A stretch of 64,000 nucleotides of DNA from Clostridiaceae bacterium. GTDB taxonomy: Bacteria; Bacillota; Clostridia; Saccharofermentanales; DTU023. The DNA is taken from NCBI GenBank assembly GCA_012838795.1, contig DUOO01000003.1, positions 568 through 64,567 on the forward strand, given 5' to 3'. Positions 18,800-29,101 of this stretch are shown one piece after another. The notes beneath the pieces are model-generated. The model was not told the DNA's origin and searched no databases. It worked only from the letters and a program-made list of their open reading frames with translations. A program made the position numbers and the translations under genes. The first letter of the stretch is position 1. Every line of letters begins with the position of its first letter.

Positions 18800-19897
18800 T
18801 CAGAGTTTAGATGCAGATGATCCGGCTTTAGATTTTATATCGGTAGATTTATGATAATTTTTTTCCAGATAACTGAAGGGGTTTTCTTGGGGACCGATTC
18901 TGCGGATCACATCACTAAGCTTGATATATTTTCTGTTGCGCTGAGCATTATACCAGGACCTTTGATAATTAATCATTGCACCGCAGAGCAGAATTTGAAT
19001 TGTGAAATTCAACCAGAGCATTAAAATAATGATATTGGCTAAGCCGCCGTAAAGAGTGGATAATGAAGCTCGATATGCAATATAAAATGAATACACATAA
19101 GACAAAAGTATCCAGCCGATCGTAGCAAACAATGCTCCGGGTGCACTCGGAATTTTACCAACCGAGCGTTTGGAATTAGTGTAATATAAGATATAGAGAA
19201 TGCTGAAGATCAGGAAAAAGCTGAAACCATATGTGACTAAATCAATCACCCAGTTTTGAATATCCAAAAACTTTAAATTTTCATTCAGAAAATTGAAAAT
19301 TACACGCCCGAAACTCATGACAAGTGTTGCAAGTGTCAGCAAAATAAAGAATAAAATTGTAAAAACTATACCGATCATTCTTGCGGGCAAAGGCAATGTA
19401 TTTTCACGTGGAGGATATATTGATGCAATACCCGTAAATACTTGTCCGATACCGCGACTTGTTGCCCATAGTGCCATGCCGATTGTGATAAGTACAGAAA
19501 TGGTTGACAGCGGAGATTGAATAGTAATGGTTAATGATTCGATAACAACTAAAATAGGTGCAGGCAGGAAACTCCTGAATCTTTCAATTGTTTCTGGAGT
19601 TATCTCAATATTGCGTCCGAGAATTGCTAAAAAAAACATAACTAACATTAACAAAGGAACAAAAGCCAATAATAAATAATAGACAACACCAGCAGCCTTA
19701 TTACCTATTTTGTGATAGTTAATCAATTGAATAAAGTCAATCGAATAATCCCAATATCTGCCTGCTCTTTTGCCGCGCCAAGCTTGTGGTCCGTTGATTA
19801 TCAGGTCTTTAATGATGCGAATCCATGATTTTCTGCGAACTGCTTTTTGTTTTTTATTTAAGACGGAATACTTGTTATTCGTTTTTTTAGTACTCAT
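18800..19897 (-). CDS. YihY/virulence factor BrkB family membrane protein
   Basis: AAGVVYYLLLAFVP, PGALFA, YGGLANIIILMLWL; multiple TM helices. Confidence 0.9.
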   Translation of the reverse strand: MSTKKTNNKYSVLNKKQKAVRRKSWIRIIKDLIINGPQAWRGKRAGRYWDYSIDFIQLINYHKIGNKAAGVVYYLLLAFVPLLMLVMFFLAILGRNIEITPETIERFRSFLPAPILVVIESLTITIQSPLSTISVLITIGMALWATSRGIGQVFTGIASIYPPRENTLPLPARMIGIVFTILFFILLTLATLVMSFGRVIFNFLNENLKFLDIQNWVIDLVTYGFSFFLIFSILYILYYTNSKRSVGKIPSAPGALFATIGWILLSYVYSFYIAYRASLSTLYGGLANIIILMLWLNFTIQILLCGAMINYQRSWYNAQRNRKYIKLSDVIRRIGPQENPFSYLEKNYHKSTDIKSKAGSSASKL

Positions 19898-20051
19898 TTT
19901 TCCACCTATATTAATTATTCAAATATTACCCTGATCTGCCTGAGTTTACAAATAATATCTTGCATTCAGAATTAGTTTGTAAATAACATCAAATAATCAG
20001 CTGTTTTTTTCGATAATATAATGTAAGCGTTGTGTATTGTAAGAGAATCTG

Positions 20052-20075
20052 TGTTAGAATAAGAACAAATGTTTG
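20052..20075 (+). promoter_or_regulatory. Extended -10 promoter followed by a putative LexA (SOS/Cheo) box upstream of ruvC
   Basis: TGTTAGAAT (20052-20060) then AGAACAAATGTTTG (20062-20075), matching the Bacillota GAAC-N4-GTTY pattern. Confidence 0.65.
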
Positions 20076-20097
20076 ACAGGATGTTTAAATATTAAAT

Positions 20098-20601
20098 ATG
20101 ATTATACTTGGAATTGACCCCGGATATGCTATTACAGGTTATGCTTTAATTGATTATACAGATCAAAAATTCAAAGTTTTGGATTATGGTTTAGTTACGA
20201 CCAAGGCCAATTCATATTTCCCTGAACGCTTACTGTTGATTGAGCGAAGTTTGGAAACATTGATCAATAAGTACAAACCTGATGTGATGGCGATCGAAGA
20301 ATTATTTTTCAATAGAAATACTACAACGGCAATCGGTACAGCACAAGCCAGAGGTGTAGCGGTAGTCACGGGGGCGAGAAATAATATTCCTGTTTTTGAA
20401 TATACTCCGAAACAGGTCAAACTTGCAGTTACCGGATACGGCAATTCAGATAAAATCCAAGTTCAGGAAATGGTTAAAATACTGCTTAAATTAAATAAGA
20501 TTCCGGAACCGGATGATGTTGCAGATGCACTTGCTGTAGCTTTATGTCATGCACACAGCGGAAATAGAAGTTCAGCTTTAGCTGTCGGCGGTTATCAATA
20601 G
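20098..20601 (+). CDS. ruvC: Holliday junction resolvase RuvC
   Basis: LGIDPG, IEELFF, QARG, EYTPKQVK, DDVADALA. Confidence 0.97.
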   Translation: MIILGIDPGYAITGYALIDYTDQKFKVLDYGLVTTKANSYFPERLLLIERSLETLINKYKPDVMAIEELFFNRNTTTAIGTAQARGVAVVTGARNNIPVFEYTPKQVKLAVTGYGNSDKIQVQEMVKILLKLNKIPEPDDVADALAVALCHAHSGNRSSALAVGGYQ

Positions 20602-20693
20602 AAAGTTCATACAAGATACTGACTGTATCAAGTCAAAATTAAAGAAGATTATGCTCAATGAAATAGCATAATTTCATAATATGAGGGGAAACA

Positions 20694-21335
20694 ATGATCG
20701 CAGTTTTAAAAGGTAAAATTTTACAAAAGTATCCTGAAAGTATGATAGTTACGGTTCAGGGAATCGGTTTTGAAATTTTTTATGATCCGTTAATGGCGGG
20801 TCAATTTCCTGCAATCGGTGAAGAGGTTACGGTCTGGACTTATATGAATGTCAGAGAAAATGAAATGAGTCTGTACGGTTTTCCGAATCAGGAAATCAAA
20901 AAGTTATATGAATTATTAATTACTGTTAGCGGAATCGGACCCAAAGTGGCGAGTGGAATTGTTGGCGGTATGAGTCCGGAACGTTTTGCAATGGCTGTTT
21001 TAAATGATGATGTGAAAAGTTTAACTCAGATTAAAGGCATCGGGAACAAAGGGGCTCAAAGGATTATTTTAGAGCTGAAGGATAAAGTGAAAAAATCCTT
21101 GCCTAAATTAAATAAAGATGACTCTAAAACTTCAACAAGTATCGGAATATCGGCGGATGGCAATTTGTTAAGCGTCGGTCAGGAATCTATAGCCGCTTTG
21201 ATGGTTTTAGGTTATCAAGAATCCGAAGCCGAAAAGGCTTTGGAAAAAGCTTATTATGAATTAAAGGAAAAGGAAATTGAGATTGCAGTAGAGTCGCTTT
21301 TGAAATATGCTCTCAAACATCTCTCTGTGCTATAA
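20694..21335 (+). CDS. ruvA: Holliday junction branch migration protein RuvA
   Basis: VRENEMSLYGF, VSGIGPK, GIGNKGAQRIILELKDK, ALMVLGY. Confidence 0.97.
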   Translation: MIAVLKGKILQKYPESMIVTVQGIGFEIFYDPLMAGQFPAIGEEVTVWTYMNVRENEMSLYGFPNQEIKKLYELLITVSGIGPKVASGIVGGMSPERFAMAVLNDDVKSLTQIKGIGNKGAQRIILELKDKVKKSLPKLNKDDSKTSTSIGISADGNLLSVGQESIAALMVLGYQESEAEKALEKAYYELKEKEIEIAVESLLKYALKHLSVL

Positions 21336-21344
21336 TAAGAAATT

Positions 21345-22532
21345 ATGAATGATTCCGGTTTTTACAGTATTTTTAATCAAGATTATGACCTTGAACAAGA
21401 ACCTCGCTTAGTCGATCGTGAGATGCGTTCCGATGATACTTTTGAAGGCGCTTTAAGACCGAAATCTTTTGAGCATTTTTACGGCCAACAAAAAATAAAA
21501 GAGAATTTGCAAATTTTCATTGAAGCTGCCAAAAGTCGCAATGAAGCTTTGGATCATATCTTGCTATATGGACCGCCGGGCTTAGGCAAAACAACTTTGG
21601 CAGGAATTATTGCCAAGAATATGAATGCCGACATCAGAATAACATCAGGTCCGGCAATTGAACGGCAGGGTGATCTGGTAGCACTCTTGACCAATTTGCA
21701 GGAACATGATGTTCTGTTTATCGATGAAATCCACCGTTTGAATTTTCAAGTTGAAGAAATACTCTATCCTGCAATGGAAGATTATGTGGTGGATATAATC
21801 ATAGGAAAAGGTCCGAGTGCCAGATCAATCAGATTGGATTTGCCACATTTTACTTTGATCGGAGCAACGACAAGAGCCGGTTTGCTCAGTGCACCTTTAC
21901 GGGATCGTTTCGGCATGGTACATCGATTGGAATTATATGAACCGGAAGAGGTAGCACAAATTATCAAACACAATGCCGAATTATTAAATGTCGGAATTGA
22001 TACTCAAGGCTTGACAATGCTGTCTACACGTTGTCGCGGTACTCCGCGCATTGCGATCAGATTATTGCGCAGAATGCGGGATTTTGCTCAAGTTAAAGGA
22101 CAGGGTGTCATAGATGCGGAAGTTGTTGAAGTAGGCTTGAAAGCTTTGGAAATTGATTCTCAAGGGCTTGATAATACGGATCGTAATTTGTTATCTGTCA
22201 TGGCGAAAAGTTTTCACGGGGGACCGGTCGGATTAGATACTTTAGCAGCAATGACCGGGGAAGATCCGAAAACAATAGAAGATGTTTGCGAACCTTATTT
22301 GATGCAACTGGGTTTTGTTGCCAAGACTCCGCGCGGCAGAATTCTGATGGAACAAGGCTGGTGTCATCTTGGTTTGACCCCGCCTGCGGATTTTTCAGTG
22401 AAAAGTGGTACGTCAAGTATTGTTGAAAATATTAAGAACGATTTTACCGGAAACAAATCAGAAAAAAATATTAAAACTGAATCGACAGAATTTACTCAAC
22501 TCAGTTTTGATCAATTAGAGTCCGATGACTGA
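21345..22532 (+). CDS. ruvB: Holliday junction DNA helicase RuvB
   Basis: [37 protein letters not shown]. Confidence 0.98.
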   Translation: MNDSGFYSIFNQDYDLEQEPRLVDREMRSDDTFEGALRPKSFEHFYGQQKIKENLQIFIEAAKSRNEALDHILLYGPPGLGKTTLAGIIAKNMNADIRITSGPAIERQGDLVALLTNLQEHDVLFIDEIHRLNFQVEEILYPAMEDYVVDIIIGKGPSARSIRLDLPHFTLIGATTRAGLLSAPLRDRFGMVHRLELYEPEEVAQIIKHNAELLNVGIDTQGLTMLSTRCRGTPRIAIRLLRRMRDFAQVKGQGVIDAEVVEVGLKALEIDSQGLDNTDRNLLSVMAKSFHGGPVGLDTLAAMTGEDPKTIEDVCEPYLMQLGFVAKTPRGRILMEQGWCHLGLTPPADFSVKSGTSSIVENIKNDFTGNKSEKNIKTESTEFTQLSFDQLESDD

Positions 22533-22545
22533 TAAAGGATAAGCT

Positions 22546-23172
22546 ATGTCTCGAAAAATGCTTTTACATCTATGTTGCGGTCCATGCGGTGAATATCCGA
22601 TTGAAATCTTAAAGAGCATGGAAAAATATGATCTGACTTTATATTTTTATAATCCGAATATTCATCCGGAGAAAGAATGGTATCGTCGTTTAGAAGGAGC
22701 TTTGCGTTTAGCCGAATTGCGCAAATTGCCAATTGTTGTTGAAGAAGGATGTGATCCTGAAACTTGGTGTCAGATTGGCAGAATTCTCGGCAGATGTGCT
22801 TACTGCTATGAATCACGAATGAAGAAGGTTGCCTGTTATGCCGGTGAAAATGGTTTTGATATTATTACAACTTCATTATTAGTCAGTCCTTATCAGAATA
22901 AACAAATGATACATCAAGCAGGTCGGCGCCAAGCAGCCAAAAATTCTGTTGAATTTCTGGCTGCTGATTTTACGGAAGGGTTTCGTAAAGGTCAACAAAT
23001 GGCAAGAGCAGACGGACTTTATCGTCAAAAATACTGTGGTTGTATGATTTCCTTGGAAGATTCAGATTTTTTAGTAAAAATAAAAAAAGATTTAGCAGAG
23101 TACGATATACCGCGAGAACTTGATAGAGAAATGAAGAATAACAAGATAATACACAAAGGTTTTGTATATTAG
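22546..23172 (+). CDS. queH: Epoxyqueuosine reductase QueH
   Basis: LLHLCCGPC, YNPNIHP, RCAYCY, TTSLLVSP, YRQKYCGC. Confidence 0.92.
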   Translation: MSRKMLLHLCCGPCGEYPIEILKSMEKYDLTLYFYNPNIHPEKEWYRRLEGALRLAELRKLPIVVEEGCDPETWCQIGRILGRCAYCYESRMKKVACYAGENGFDIITTSLLVSPYQNKQMIHQAGRRQAAKNSVEFLAADFTEGFRKGQQMARADGLYRQKYCGCMISLEDSDFLVKIKKDLAEYDIPRELDREMKNNKIIHKGFVY

Positions 23173-23193
23173 CATAAAAGAACGGGAAAATAT

Positions 23194-25083
23194 ATGCCTT
23201 TAGACGGTGTCAGTGCTCGATTTTTAAATAAGGAATTGAATTATGAGTTGACTAATGCAAGAGTTGATCGCATTTATCAGCCAAATCGTTTTACTGTTTT
23301 GTTGATTTTCCATATAAATCGTCTTCCAAAAAAACTGTTAATTTCTGCAAACCCCGGTTCACCAAGAATTTATTTAACAACTGCTGAACTTGAAAATCCG
23401 AAAAATCCGCCTTCGTTTTGTATGATGTTACGAAAATATTTACTTGGAGCCAGGTTGCAAGAGATAATACAACCTGATTATGAAAGAGTTTTTATATTCA
23501 AATTCTCTACAATAAATGAATTGGGTGATCCTGAAACAAAATACTTGGTTACAGAAATCATGGGTAGACATAGTAATATTATTTTTTTGAATCAGGACAA
23601 GAAGATTCATGATTCCCTGATTCATGTCGATCAGGACATTTCCAGCAAACGGGAAGTTATGCCTGCCAGAACATATCAATTACCGCCAACACAAGATAAA
23701 CAGTCTTTGGATTATTATTATGAGCAAAAACCGTCGATCTTGTCATTTTTGATAAATACTCAAGAATCAGGCAAAATTGATAAGGCGATATTAAGCCATG
23801 TTCAAGGTTTTTCTCCACTTTTAGTACGTTCGATCATTGCTGCTGCCGGAATTGAATCCCGTTTACATGTAGATCAACTGTCGAACAACCAAAAACAGGA
23901 ATTGAGTAATAAGTTTTACAAAACATGTGAGATGATCAAAGCAAATGCCGATCAACCTACGTTGTATTTTCTTGATGAACATGATCATCGACCCTATGAT
24001 TTTCATGCATTTGAATTGAGATCATTGCCTTATAGAGAAACAGTTTCCAGTTTTTCAATTGCGATGGATGTTTTTTATAAACTACAAGATGCAAAAAGAA
24101 ATTTTGAGCAATTTAAGCAAAAGTTGGAACGCAATTTGAATCAAGCGATCAGCCGTACTCAGAAGAAATTGGATTTACATCAAAGAGATTTTGCTGAAGG
24201 CCAGAAAGCTGAACAATATCAGCGTCTGGGAGAATTATTGAATTCACAATTATATTTAGTGCAAGATAAGGCAACTGAAGTAGAATTAATTGATTACTAT
24301 GATCCTGAACAAAAGAAGATCAGAGTTCAATTAAAACCCAAATTGAGTCCGGCCGATAATGCTAAGATTTTTTTTAAGAAATATCGTAAAGCACAAGCCA
24401 AATTCCAATCGGCTAAACGGTTATTGGCTTTGGATCAAGCAGAATTAATATGGCTCAATTCTTTGCACATTGCACTTGAACGAGCCGAAGTTTTGGAAGA
24501 TTTACAAGCGATTAATATCGAATTCGATTTATTCGGAAAACCGAATCGGGAGAAGAGCTCCGCGAAAAAAACGACCCAACCTGAGCAGCATCTGATTAAG
24601 AATCGCTTGAATCCAGGTAAACCTGGTAAACGAAAAAAATATCAACAACAGCATAAACAACAAAACAAACAAAAAACAAAGAATGAGAAACCTCTGCCGC
24701 CCCGCAAATTCGAATTGGCAGAAGGAATAACGGTATATGCCGGACGTAACAATATTCAGAATGATCAGCTTACTTTGCGCAAAGCAGCAGCGAATGATTT
24801 GTGGTTTCATGTCAAAGATTTAGCCGGAACTCATGTTGTTTTGACTGTGCAAAACGGGTATAAGGCTGAGTCTCAACACATCAAGAAAGCCGCACAAATT
24901 GCAGCTTGGTACTCTGAAGCTAATCAAATAAAAACTTATCGAGGCGGAAAGATAGCTGTTGACAGCTGTTTAGTCAAACATGTAAAAAAACCTAAGGGTG
25001 CAAAACCTGGTATGGTAATATATGATCAACATCAAACGTATTATGTTTTGCCTAAACTGCCTGAAGCTGCAAGTGAAACTTAA
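23194..25083 (+). CDS. rqcH: Ribosome quality control protein RqcH (NFACT / FbpA family)
   Basis: MPLDG, FCMMLRKYL, EIMGRHSN, GRNNIQND, WFHVKDLAGTHV, KPKGAKPG. Confidence 0.93.
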   Translation: MPLDGVSARFLNKELNYELTNARVDRIYQPNRFTVLLIFHINRLPKKLLISANPGSPRIYLTTAELENPKNPPSFCMMLRKYLLGARLQEIIQPDYERVFIFKFSTINELGDPETKYLVTEIMGRHSNIIFLNQDKKIHDSLIHVDQDISSKREVMPARTYQLPPTQDKQSLDYYYEQKPSILSFLINTQESGKIDKAILSHVQGFSPLLVRSIIAAAGIESRLHVDQLSNNQKQELSNKFYKTCEMIKANADQPTLYFLDEHDHRPYDFHAFELRSLPYRETVSSFSIAMDVFYKLQDAKRNFEQFKQKLERNLNQAISRTQKKLDLHQRDFAEGQKAEQYQRLGELLNSQLYLVQDKATEVELIDYYDPEQKKIRVQLKPKLSPADNAKIFFKKYRKAQAKFQSAKRLLALDQAELIWLNSLHIALERAEVLEDLQAINIEFDLFGKPNREKSSAKKTTQPEQHLIKNRLNPGKPGKRKKYQQQHKQQNKQKTKNEKPLPPRKFELAEGITVYAGRNNIQNDQLTLRKAAANDLWFHVKDLAGTHVVLTVQNGYKAESQHIKKAAQIAAWYSEANQIKTYRGGKIAVDSCLVKHVKKPKGAKPGMVIYDQHQTYYVLPKLPEAASET

Positions 25084-25101
25084 GTTAAGAAAAGAGGAAG
25101 C

Positions 25102-25386
25102 ATGATGAAAAAATCTCAGGAAAAAGCACGAAAAAAGAGCGATGAATTACAAGGGACAACGTCATTTCATTCTTTACTGGTATTTTTACGATATAACATT
25201 ATCGGTAAATTTATATCAATAGTATTGCTGATAACTCTTGTTTTAACTCTTAATACATTATTTGCAACGAATGATTTAGAAAAATTTGCTTTAATCACCG
25301 GAATTGAATTAGTAATAATTATGATTGCCGGGTGGACGTGGTTTTTAATCAAACGCAACTCCAATCATGAACAAGACTCGGAATAG
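25102..25386 (+). CDS. Small hypothetical membrane protein (2 TM)
   Basis: GAGG SD, two hydrophobic segments, co-oriented with rqcH. Confidence 0.65.
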   Translation: MMKKSQEKARKKSDELQGTTSFHSLLVFLRYNIIGKFISIVLLITLVLTLNTLFATNDLEKFALITGIELVIIMIAGWTWFLIKRNSNHEQDSE

Positions 25387-25413
25387 TGATATTCTTCACA
25401 ACAAAGGTATCTA

Positions 25414-25682
25414 GTCAAAAAAGCCGGCGCTGTGGATCGCTCTTCCGGCAAAATCCCCAAGAGCATATTTTTTGGCACAACAGACCGGATTTCAAATGAG
25501 TTTGTGTCAAAAAAGCCGGCGCTGTGGATCGCTCTTCCGGCAAAATCCCCAAGAGCGTATTTTTTGGCACAACAGACCGGTTTTCAAATGAGTCTGTGTC
25601 AAAAAAGCCGGCGCTGTGGATCGCTCTTCTGGCAAAATCCCCAAGAGCGTATTTTTTGGCACAACAGATCACAATTTCAAAT
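25414..25682. repeat. Tandem array of three near-identical 92-bp units, each a 69-bp imperfect palindrome; same family as 44287-44508
   Basis: GTCAAAAAAGCCGGCGCTGTGGATCGCTCTTCYGGCAAAATCCCCAAGAGCRTATTTTTTGGCACAACAGA starts at 25414, 25506 and 25598. Confidence 0.95.
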
Positions 25683-25795
25683 AAAAAAGGAATGCTTTCC
25701 GTGTCACTTCCATAGGTCGGAACAATTATTAAACATTCCCTTTGTATTTATACTAAAATCATCAAATCTGAAGAGAATTTTTAAGAAAACCTATT

Positions 25796-27013
25796 TTATT
25801 TTTCCAATTTGCGCAAGAGCTTATTAATCTTTGAGGTGGGTGAAATTAAACTGCTCATCGAGGCGTTGTGATTCATCGCATCAATTAACAAAGCAACAAA
25901 TTTGGTCATGTCAGCAGAAATATACCAAGGAGTATCCAGAACCTCTTGAGGGGTATAAATCAAGTTAGTCGCAATAACCCGGTCGATTAACCCTTTTGCA
26001 TAATACTCATTGAAAGAAGCAATACCTTCTGTAAATAATGCAAAAGTAACTGCAGCGAAAATGCGTTTTGCTCCTTTGGCCTTGAGTGATTTTGCCAGGT
26101 CTAACAGGGAATCACCAGACGAAATCATATCATCAACTATCAAAACATCATAACCTTCAACTGAATCGCCGAGAAATTCATGCGCAATAATTGGGTTCCT
26201 GCCATTGACAACGTTTGAATAGTCACGTCTTTTGTAGAAAGTTCCAAGCGGCAATCCAAGCATTGAAGCAAAGTACATTGAACGTTGGATAGCTCCTTCA
26301 TCCGGACTTACGATCATCATCGCTTCAGGCTTAATTACAATATCCGGCACAGACTTAATGAGAGCTTTCAAAATTTGATAAGTCGAAGGAATAGATTCAA
26401 AACTTGAAGTGGGTACAGCATTGGCGACTCTGTCATCATGTGCATCAAAAGTAATGAAATTACTGATACCGAGATCGAAAATATCTTCCAACATATATGC
26501 ACAATCGAGTGATTCTCGGGAGTTTCTGCGATGTTGTCTTCCTTCATATAAAAAAGGCATAATTACATTTATTCTGCGTGCTTTGCCGGAAGCTGCAAGA
26601 ATAATTCTTTTCAGATCCTGATAATGATCATCCGGGCTGAAATGATTAACTATACCTCGCATTTTATATGTGCAACTATAATTAGTAACATCACAGATAA
26701 TATATAGGTCATGACCGCGAACCGTTTGTCCGATTACACCTTTGCCTTCCCCGGATGAAAAACGAATAGTTTCGGCACTGATATTATAGTCATCCCGCAG
26801 AAAACCTGCATTGCTGATATCATCAGAAACATGATCTAGATATTCATGTCGTCTTTTGACCAAGTACTTATTTACTTGTTCACCAAACTCTTTTGCTCCG
26901 GTCAGGGAAATGATTCCTACCGGACCGTGTGCAGGCATGGGATTATCACCATATTGATCGTAACGATAATAGTTTATGCTATCGCGATCTATTGCTCGTT
27001 TAGTTTTGGCCAT
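25796..27013 (-). CDS. prs: Ribose-phosphate pyrophosphokinase (long clostridial type), catalytic loop intact
   Basis: RFSSGE, MPFLYEGRQ, TFDAHD, VSPDEG, FYKRRD, VDDMISSG. Confidence 0.92.
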   Translation of the reverse strand: MAKTKRAIDRDSINYYRYDQYGDNPMPAHGPVGIISLTGAKEFGEQVNKYLVKRRHEYLDHVSDDISNAGFLRDDYNISAETIRFSSGEGKGVIGQTVRGHDLYIICDVTNYSCTYKMRGIVNHFSPDDHYQDLKRIILAASGKARRINVIMPFLYEGRQHRRNSRESLDCAYMLEDIFDLGISNFITFDAHDDRVANAVPTSSFESIPSTYQILKALIKSVPDIVIKPEAMMIVSPDEGAIQRSMYFASMLGLPLGTFYKRRDYSNVVNGRNPIIAHEFLGDSVEGYDVLIVDDMISSGDSLLDLAKSLKAKGAKRIFAAVTFALFTEGIASFNEYYAKGLIDRVIATNLIYTPQEVLDTPWYISADMTKFVALLIDAMNHNASMSSLISPTSKINKLLRKLEK

Positions 27014-28256
27014 TGTTTTCTCCTTTGAATGAGTTCAATAATGAATGGATTCTTTCGGTCGGGTTAATCAATTTGGAAAGTGAAGCATCATGATTAATAC
27101 CGTCAATCAATAATGCCAGATATTTTGCCAGGTTAACATCGCAAAACCACTCAGTTTCTAACAGAGCGGGTGGTCGATAGGAGAGGTTTGTAGCAAATAT
27201 CTTATGAATTAAACCGTTGTCATATGCTTCATTAAATTTTTCAATACCTTCGGAAAACTGTGCGAATGAAACTGCTACAAATACTCTTCTCGCATTTAGA
27301 GAATTGAGTTGTTTAGCACATTCCAAGACAGTTTGGCCGGAATCAATCATGTCATCGACGATCAATACATCTTTTCCGGAGATATTATCACCGAGAAATT
27401 TCTTTTCTGCAGTTCTTTTAAGTTTTTGCATAGTATATTCGCTTTTATCTAATAATCTGGGATCATATTTACGATAAAAAATGCCTAACGGAACACGCAA
27501 GACGGAAGCATAGTAAATACAGCGACTGATCGCTGCTTCATCAGCACTGATGACCATGAAATGTTCTTTATCAATTTGAAGATCAGGACATTCACTGAGC
27601 AGAGCTTCAATTAATTGAAATGAAGTCGCAGCTGATTCAAAATTATAACGTGGAACTGCATTGGCGATGCGGTCATCATGAGCATCAAATGTAATAAAAT
27701 TTGAGATCCCCAATGCGAAAAGGCGATTTAACATAACAGCACAGTCAAGAGATTCTCTGGATTCACGCTGATAACGACGACCTTGATAAAGATAAGGCAT
27801 GACAACATTAATTCTTTTCGAAACACCGTGAGCTGCAGAAATCAGTCTGCATAAATCCTCAAAATGTTCATCGGGACTGAGCGAAACATTTTGATTAAAT
27901 CTTACATAACGCTGACCATAGTTCAAAACATCGGTAATGATAAACAGATCATGCCCGCGCACAGTGTCTAAAATAGTAGCTTGACCTTCACCTGAATTGA
28001 AACGTTTCAAGCTGACCGGTATCCGATATTCAGGTCTATAGTAACCAGCAAGTTGATTTTGTTCGGGATATTTCGCAACGGTTAATGCGCGACGATTATA
28101 TAAGTGGAAATTAACTGCATCAGAAAAAGATTGTTCCAATTGATGAGTAATAATTCCGACAGGGCCGATCGGCTGAATAATTCGTTCATCATAATTCCGA
28201 AGCACTAAAGCTTCGAAACGTGATACATGTTCTGGTTCGTTTAATTTATTGGTCAT
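27000..28256 (-). CDS. Ribose-phosphate pyrophosphokinase paralog with divergent catalytic loop
   Basis: RFNSGE, MPYLYQGRR, TFDAHD, IVDDMIDSG present, but ISADEAA and FYRKYD replace VSPDEGA and FYKRRD; overlaps the downstream prs by 14 nt. Confidence 0.88.
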   Translation of the reverse strand: MTNKLNEPEHVSRFEALVLRNYDERIIQPIGPVGIITHQLEQSFSDAVNFHLYNRRALTVAKYPEQNQLAGYYRPEYRIPVSLKRFNSGEGQATILDTVRGHDLFIITDVLNYGQRYVRFNQNVSLSPDEHFEDLCRLISAAHGVSKRINVVMPYLYQGRRYQRESRESLDCAVMLNRLFALGISNFITFDAHDDRIANAVPRYNFESAATSFQLIEALLSECPDLQIDKEHFMVISADEAAISRCIYYASVLRVPLGIFYRKYDPRLLDKSEYTMQKLKRTAEKKFLGDNISGKDVLIVDDMIDSGQTVLECAKQLNSLNARRVFVAVSFAQFSEGIEKFNEAYDNGLIHKIFATNLSYRPPALLETEWFCDVNLAKYLALLIDGINHDASLSKLINPTERIHSLLNSFKGENNGQN

Positions 28257-28331
28257 AAATACCTATAAAATATAAATGATTTGTGCTTTGATGCACCAAA
28301 TAGCCGAAGCTATTTCATCGGATATTTTTAC

Positions 28332-28360
28332 TTGTGAACTTACGTAATTAAAGATATTAT
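28332..28360 (+). promoter_or_regulatory. Putative sigma-A promoter of engB
   Basis: TTGTGA-17 bp-TATTAT; favours ATG 28389 as the start. Confidence 0.45.
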
Positions 28361-28388
28361 ATCAATGTTCACGAAGGGATACAAAGGT

Positions 28389-28982
28389 ATGAGAATAAAT
28401 TATCAAAATACTAAATTAGCAAAAGTTGCAGGATTTATTGAGCAGTTTCCACAAGATAATTTGCCGCAAATTGTGATTTCCGGCAAATCAAATGTCGGCA
28501 AATCAAGTCTGATTAACTCTTTGTGCAATAACAGAAATCTGGCACGTACAAGCAGCAGTCCCGGAAAGACAAGACAAGTGTTTTTTTATTTAATTGATGA
28601 AAAATTTTATTTAGTAGATTTACCGGGTTATGGTTACGCTAAAACTTCACATAACGAAAAAGAAAAGTTTTCCGATTTGACAAACAATTATCTCAATTCT
28701 CAAACAAATATTAATCTGATTATTCAACTGATCGACATACGTCATAAACCAAGTCGTGAGGATATGTTAATGCTCGAATGGATTAATTATTCGGGAATTC
28801 CCTATGTGATTGTTTTGACTAAAGCGGATAAATTGAAACGCAGCCAAATTAAACCTCAAATAAATATAATAAGACAAAGCTTGTTGCACGAAATGGCTGA
28901 GGCCTTTCGACCGATCGTTACTTCAGCAATTAACAGGCAAGGTATCGACAGTTTGAAATCGGCAATTCAAGCAATTATCTGA
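28389..28982 (+). CDS. engB: Ribosome biogenesis GTP-binding protein YihA/YsxC
   Basis: GKSNVGKSS, TSSSPGKT, DLPGYG, TKADK, TSA. Confidence 0.95.
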   Translation: MRINYQNTKLAKVAGFIEQFPQDNLPQIVISGKSNVGKSSLINSLCNNRNLARTSSSPGKTRQVFFYLIDEKFYLVDLPGYGYAKTSHNEKEKFSDLTNNYLNSQTNINLIIQLIDIRHKPSREDMLMLEWINYSGIPYVIVLTKADKLKRSQIKPQINIIRQSLLHEMAEAFRPIVTSAINRQGIDSLKSAIQAII

Positions 28983-29101
28983 TTTTCTGAATATTATTAC
29001 TAATTACCAAAAAAAGACGACTTGTCAGAATTTCTTTGTCGGATAATGTTGTTAATTAATGGCAACTTAAACTGAACGCAATTTTCAGTTTAGATTACAG
29101 T

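Noticed and set aside
25414-25682. CRISPR array
   Set aside because: Units are 92 bp with near-identical linkers (no unique spacers) and there are no cas genes in the window
25415-25827. ORFs of 63-131 aa over the 92-bp repeats, and the 76-aa ORF at 44277-44507
   Set aside because: The period is not a multiple of 3, so the same peptides rotate through frames; no SD; by-products of the repeat
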